64,000 bases of DNA. It comes from a virus (lineage: Duplodnaviria; Caudoviricetes). The notes below the pieces were generated by a model. The model saw nothing but the letters and a program-made list of their open reading frames with translations. It was not told the DNA's origin and searched no databases. Of the stretch, positions 62,301-64,000 are shown piece by piece (within the stretch, counting starts at the first letter, position 1; each line of letters opens with the position of its first letter). Position numbers and translations under genes: made by a program. The stretch is from positions 10,496 through 74,495 of the IMG/VR virus record IMGVR_UViG_3300020227_000045. The stretch is one strand, 5' to 3'.

Positions 62301-62553
62301 TGGTGTGACAATACAAAGTTCTCAAAAAATTAAAGAAAATACATTTAATAAAATAACAATTAAATGGTCTACAAAGAGTAAGGTTCTATGTGTTATGATA
62401 GATAATGAAGTAGATAACGTAACTGATTATATATCCTATACAGGAACTATTTCAAATACAATTAAGTTATCAACAACAGTAGATTCAATTATTAAAGACT
62501 TATACTTTGTAGATAAACCATTACCTACGTATAGAGTGAAGGAGGAATTATAG
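59395..62553 (+). CDS. baseplate central spike-like protein with extended C-terminal (propeller/lectin-like) domains
   Basis: conserved N-terminus (GTITKVNYQY, GRTPEGRPFG); no glycerophosphodiesterase motif seen; QGLAIH/QGMTL repeats and a LamG-like end. Confidence 0.65.
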   Translation: MAMQMQSSLGSNLKKTDSDDFKINNLTYGTITKVNYQYSTVEVRTSRTYAGRVNGTDGQYSIPFPRGFTGRTPEGRPFGSTPLIIPGMLVLLGFIEGESGNPIVLSIYSNPEDSKMLTPNPLESGDIRNDDIYTYGSMMFSIYPSLNYSFQNGNGTIVRSLNGNSFLSITSEDDEKPMATDFGIGTEYEDLMSSKYGNGEIIESRNQRAPDMLFKHQGDLNTNNHITMLQLTEQGTLRFSVLNTETNSRTSWEIDDQGNQRTLSQKDDLILDNGQDYVEYGIDKEHNDFYIKNGNHDLRFTDQGLLLDGKPMIDDIGNQIDEQLAKVKEIQESLKGVNDLLEGAGKQNLLDVIDASERSEQRSKSALEQVTGLNTQVQQVSSRVEGNITNLNNFMSNINEYVQTNDEIIRELVTFKNDLNVDSIPEIKQTEEKYRQTTFRDIKIHADLPFKFKDYDSIITSEKLSYLFPQGLAIHNGYTYIIHSAPESGSKRLIVVYDEFFKYVNMFFAGTTGGEGLHVETEGNKTYLYARTDSFNIGKFDVTSLRSIQERSTITPIKEFNLNAYMNFFRTKDGWGVEYYNQTKGVYLQRDTIVFFNKDFSKRTGYLWINPSNSTLWSEDLLNGVTNNSAKKQGMTLVNNTIVQTLGGNYNPSRDTEIHTYHLQGVQEISPSGDIMNDYTYHPQELRDYLSKQGKTADIIEHEGAFSYNNRLFSIIVYKGRTNANANNQGVLLVEYKPKEKDYTFNAIGEPFLAPTANYNPYKTNIDNKLVNEYTGDFINTIEELILYMKDTFQDNIVFYSSKITIRDFGGGSIPTGCRVEVENMNSLTYYVKIKGLSYDYFYQVSYNRSTDTLTKYNPKYEYATKEDIKDLSSTVNPKDYTATFVRNSSVTDRGVTFNENEPIYKDGGIEVFKSLNETLQVPNSVLNLTEGTISIQVEPTSLSNNSLIDGGGILIETINSGQVKATVGGVTIQSSQKIKENTFNKITIKWSTKSKVLCVMIDNEVDNVTDYISYTGTISNTIKLSTTVDSIIKDLYFVDKPLPTYRVKEEL

Positions 62554-63336
62554 GTGGCTGATTTATATGAATCTATGACCGAACTTATGAGTAAAACAAC
62601 AGAAGGTGAAGATTGGGATATAGAAACAATTGATGCACCTAGTGATATTATATCTATGGCTGTACATGGCGGAGGTATCGAGATAGGAAGTACTGAATTA
62701 TCCAGATTAATAGCTGAAAAAGGTGGGTATAACTACTTCTCTTTTGTAGCTAAATTATCTAGTAATAATACACAACTACATGTAACAAGTACAAGATATG
62801 ATGCACAGAGAATTATATCTAAGATACAAGATTCAAAACATTCTATATCTGTACACGGGGCATCAGGAGATGAAAGTTACACATATATGGGTGGTGGAAA
62901 CACTGCCCTTAAAAACCTAATATGGGAAAATTTAGTAGAAAAAGGTTTTGACTGCAGAGAATCACCAGGTAACCTAGCAGGAGTACAACCTATGAATATT
63001 GCTAATAGAACAACTTTAGGTATGGGTGTACAATTAGAACTTTCTACCCAACAACGAAAAGATTTCTTTATAGATGGAAATTGGTCGAGGTCAAATAGGG
63101 AAGATAAAAACAAATGGACTAAAAACTTATATGACTATGCAGAAGCAGTAGTTAAAGCTGTAGAAGAATACCAAAAAAGAGAAACAATTGAAAAAGAAAA
63201 TTTAACATACTACCCATTCTTAGAAAGTCTAAAAGTTAGTGATAAAGTCAAAGAGAGACTAGCAACTATAAACCCTATTGTAGTATCAAAAGAAGAACCT
63301 GAAGAAGCAATGATTTGGTTTGAGGTGACTGATTAA
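62554..63336 (+). CDS. poly-gamma-glutamate hydrolase (DUF867/PghP family)
   Basis: MAVHGGGIEIGSTEL, YFSF, LHVTSTRYD, ISVHG, GVQLELS. Confidence 0.88.
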   Translation: MADLYESMTELMSKTTEGEDWDIETIDAPSDIISMAVHGGGIEIGSTELSRLIAEKGGYNYFSFVAKLSSNNTQLHVTSTRYDAQRIISKIQDSKHSISVHGASGDESYTYMGGGNTALKNLIWENLVEKGFDCRESPGNLAGVQPMNIANRTTLGMGVQLELSTQQRKDFFIDGNWSRSNREDKNKWTKNLYDYAEAVVKAVEEYQKRETIEKENLTYYPFLESLKVSDKVKERLATINPIVVSKEEPEEAMIWFEVTD

Positions 63337-64000
63337 TGGGTAGATATATAATTGTTTTTGAAAAAGAAGAAGATACTAAAATACTAGAACAATATAATGC
63401 TAAAGATATAGAAGTTCATATGGATGTAATTGCTATGGCTACTTTAGATTCTGAAAAAGCTAAAGAGTTATCTAAAAAACCTGAAGTAGAAAGCGTAGAA
63501 GAAGATTTTAATGAACACTTAGATATGGAAGAGGATTCTGGTGATGTAAGATATGAAAAATCTACAACAACGTATGCCTTTGATTTCATGAATATAGCTA
63601 ATTTCCATAGAGAGGGTATTACAGGTAAAGGTTTAAAAATAGCAATCTTAGACACGGGTATACAAAAACATGTGAATCTTAAAATTAAAGAAGGAATCAA
63701 TACTTATGACAGTTCTCAACCTTGGAATGAAAATCTAGCAAATGCTCATGGAACTAGAGTGGCAGGAATTATAAATGCCCAAGGATTGAATAACGAAGTA
63801 ATAGGTATTGCACCTGATGCAGAGATATATTGTGCTAGGATAGATAATGGTAACGGTGCAATCAATACAACAACATGGAGTTCACAAATTGCTGGGATTG
63901 CTTGGGCAATTGAAAAAGGTGTAGATGCAGTAAACTGCTCTTTTTCTAGCAGAATAGATTCTAAGGCTAGGAAAAAAGCATTTAAAATAGCTTCTGATAG
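63336..64000 (+). CDS. subtilisin-like S8 serine protease with I9-like propeptide (runs off the window)
   Basis: ATG overlaps the previous TAA; GITGKGLKIAILDTGI (catalytic Asp) and AHGTRVAGII (catalytic His); absent from the ORF track because no stop is in the window. Confidence 0.88.
   Translation, partial: MGRYIIVFEKEEDTKILEQYNAKDIEVHMDVIAMATLDSEKAKELSKKPEVESVEEDFNEHLDMEEDSGDVRYEKSTTTYAFDFMNIANFHREGITGKGLKIAILDTGIQKHVNLKIKEGINTYDSSQPWNENLANAHGTRVAGIINAQGLNNEVIGIAPDAEIYCARIDNGNGAINTTTWSSQIAGIAWAIEKGVDAVNCSFSSRIDSKARKKAFKIASD

Overview
A 64 kb segment of a lytic Staphylococcus myovirus genome (Herelleviridae, Twortvirinae-like). A gamma-PGA hydrolase suggests a coagulase-negative host. Left to right: a minus-strand block of small early/accessory genes (solo TnpB, MazG-like, Lar-like, two HNH endonucleases, PhoH, RNase H); a ~22 kb packaging and lysis block (portal to terminase on minus, holin/endolysin/transglycosylase on plus) that is inverted relative to the phage-K gene order as I recall it; then a plus-strand head-neck-tail-baseplate module. 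I could reconstruct 14 group I introns by hand with exact or near-exact junctions: 7 in terL (spliced 605 aa), 3 in the endolysin (477 aa), 3 in the tail tube gene (141 aa), and 1 TnpB-carrying IStron-like intron in a neck gene (303 aa). The window also has a decayed IscB with its omega-RNA, a ~2.6 kb island holding up to three long structured non-coding RNAs, an orphan 3' end of the transglycosylase beside an endonuclease gene, and a PGA-hydrolase plus subtilase pair in the tail module. All family calls are from motif recognition and manual base-pairing. No database search or folding program was run.
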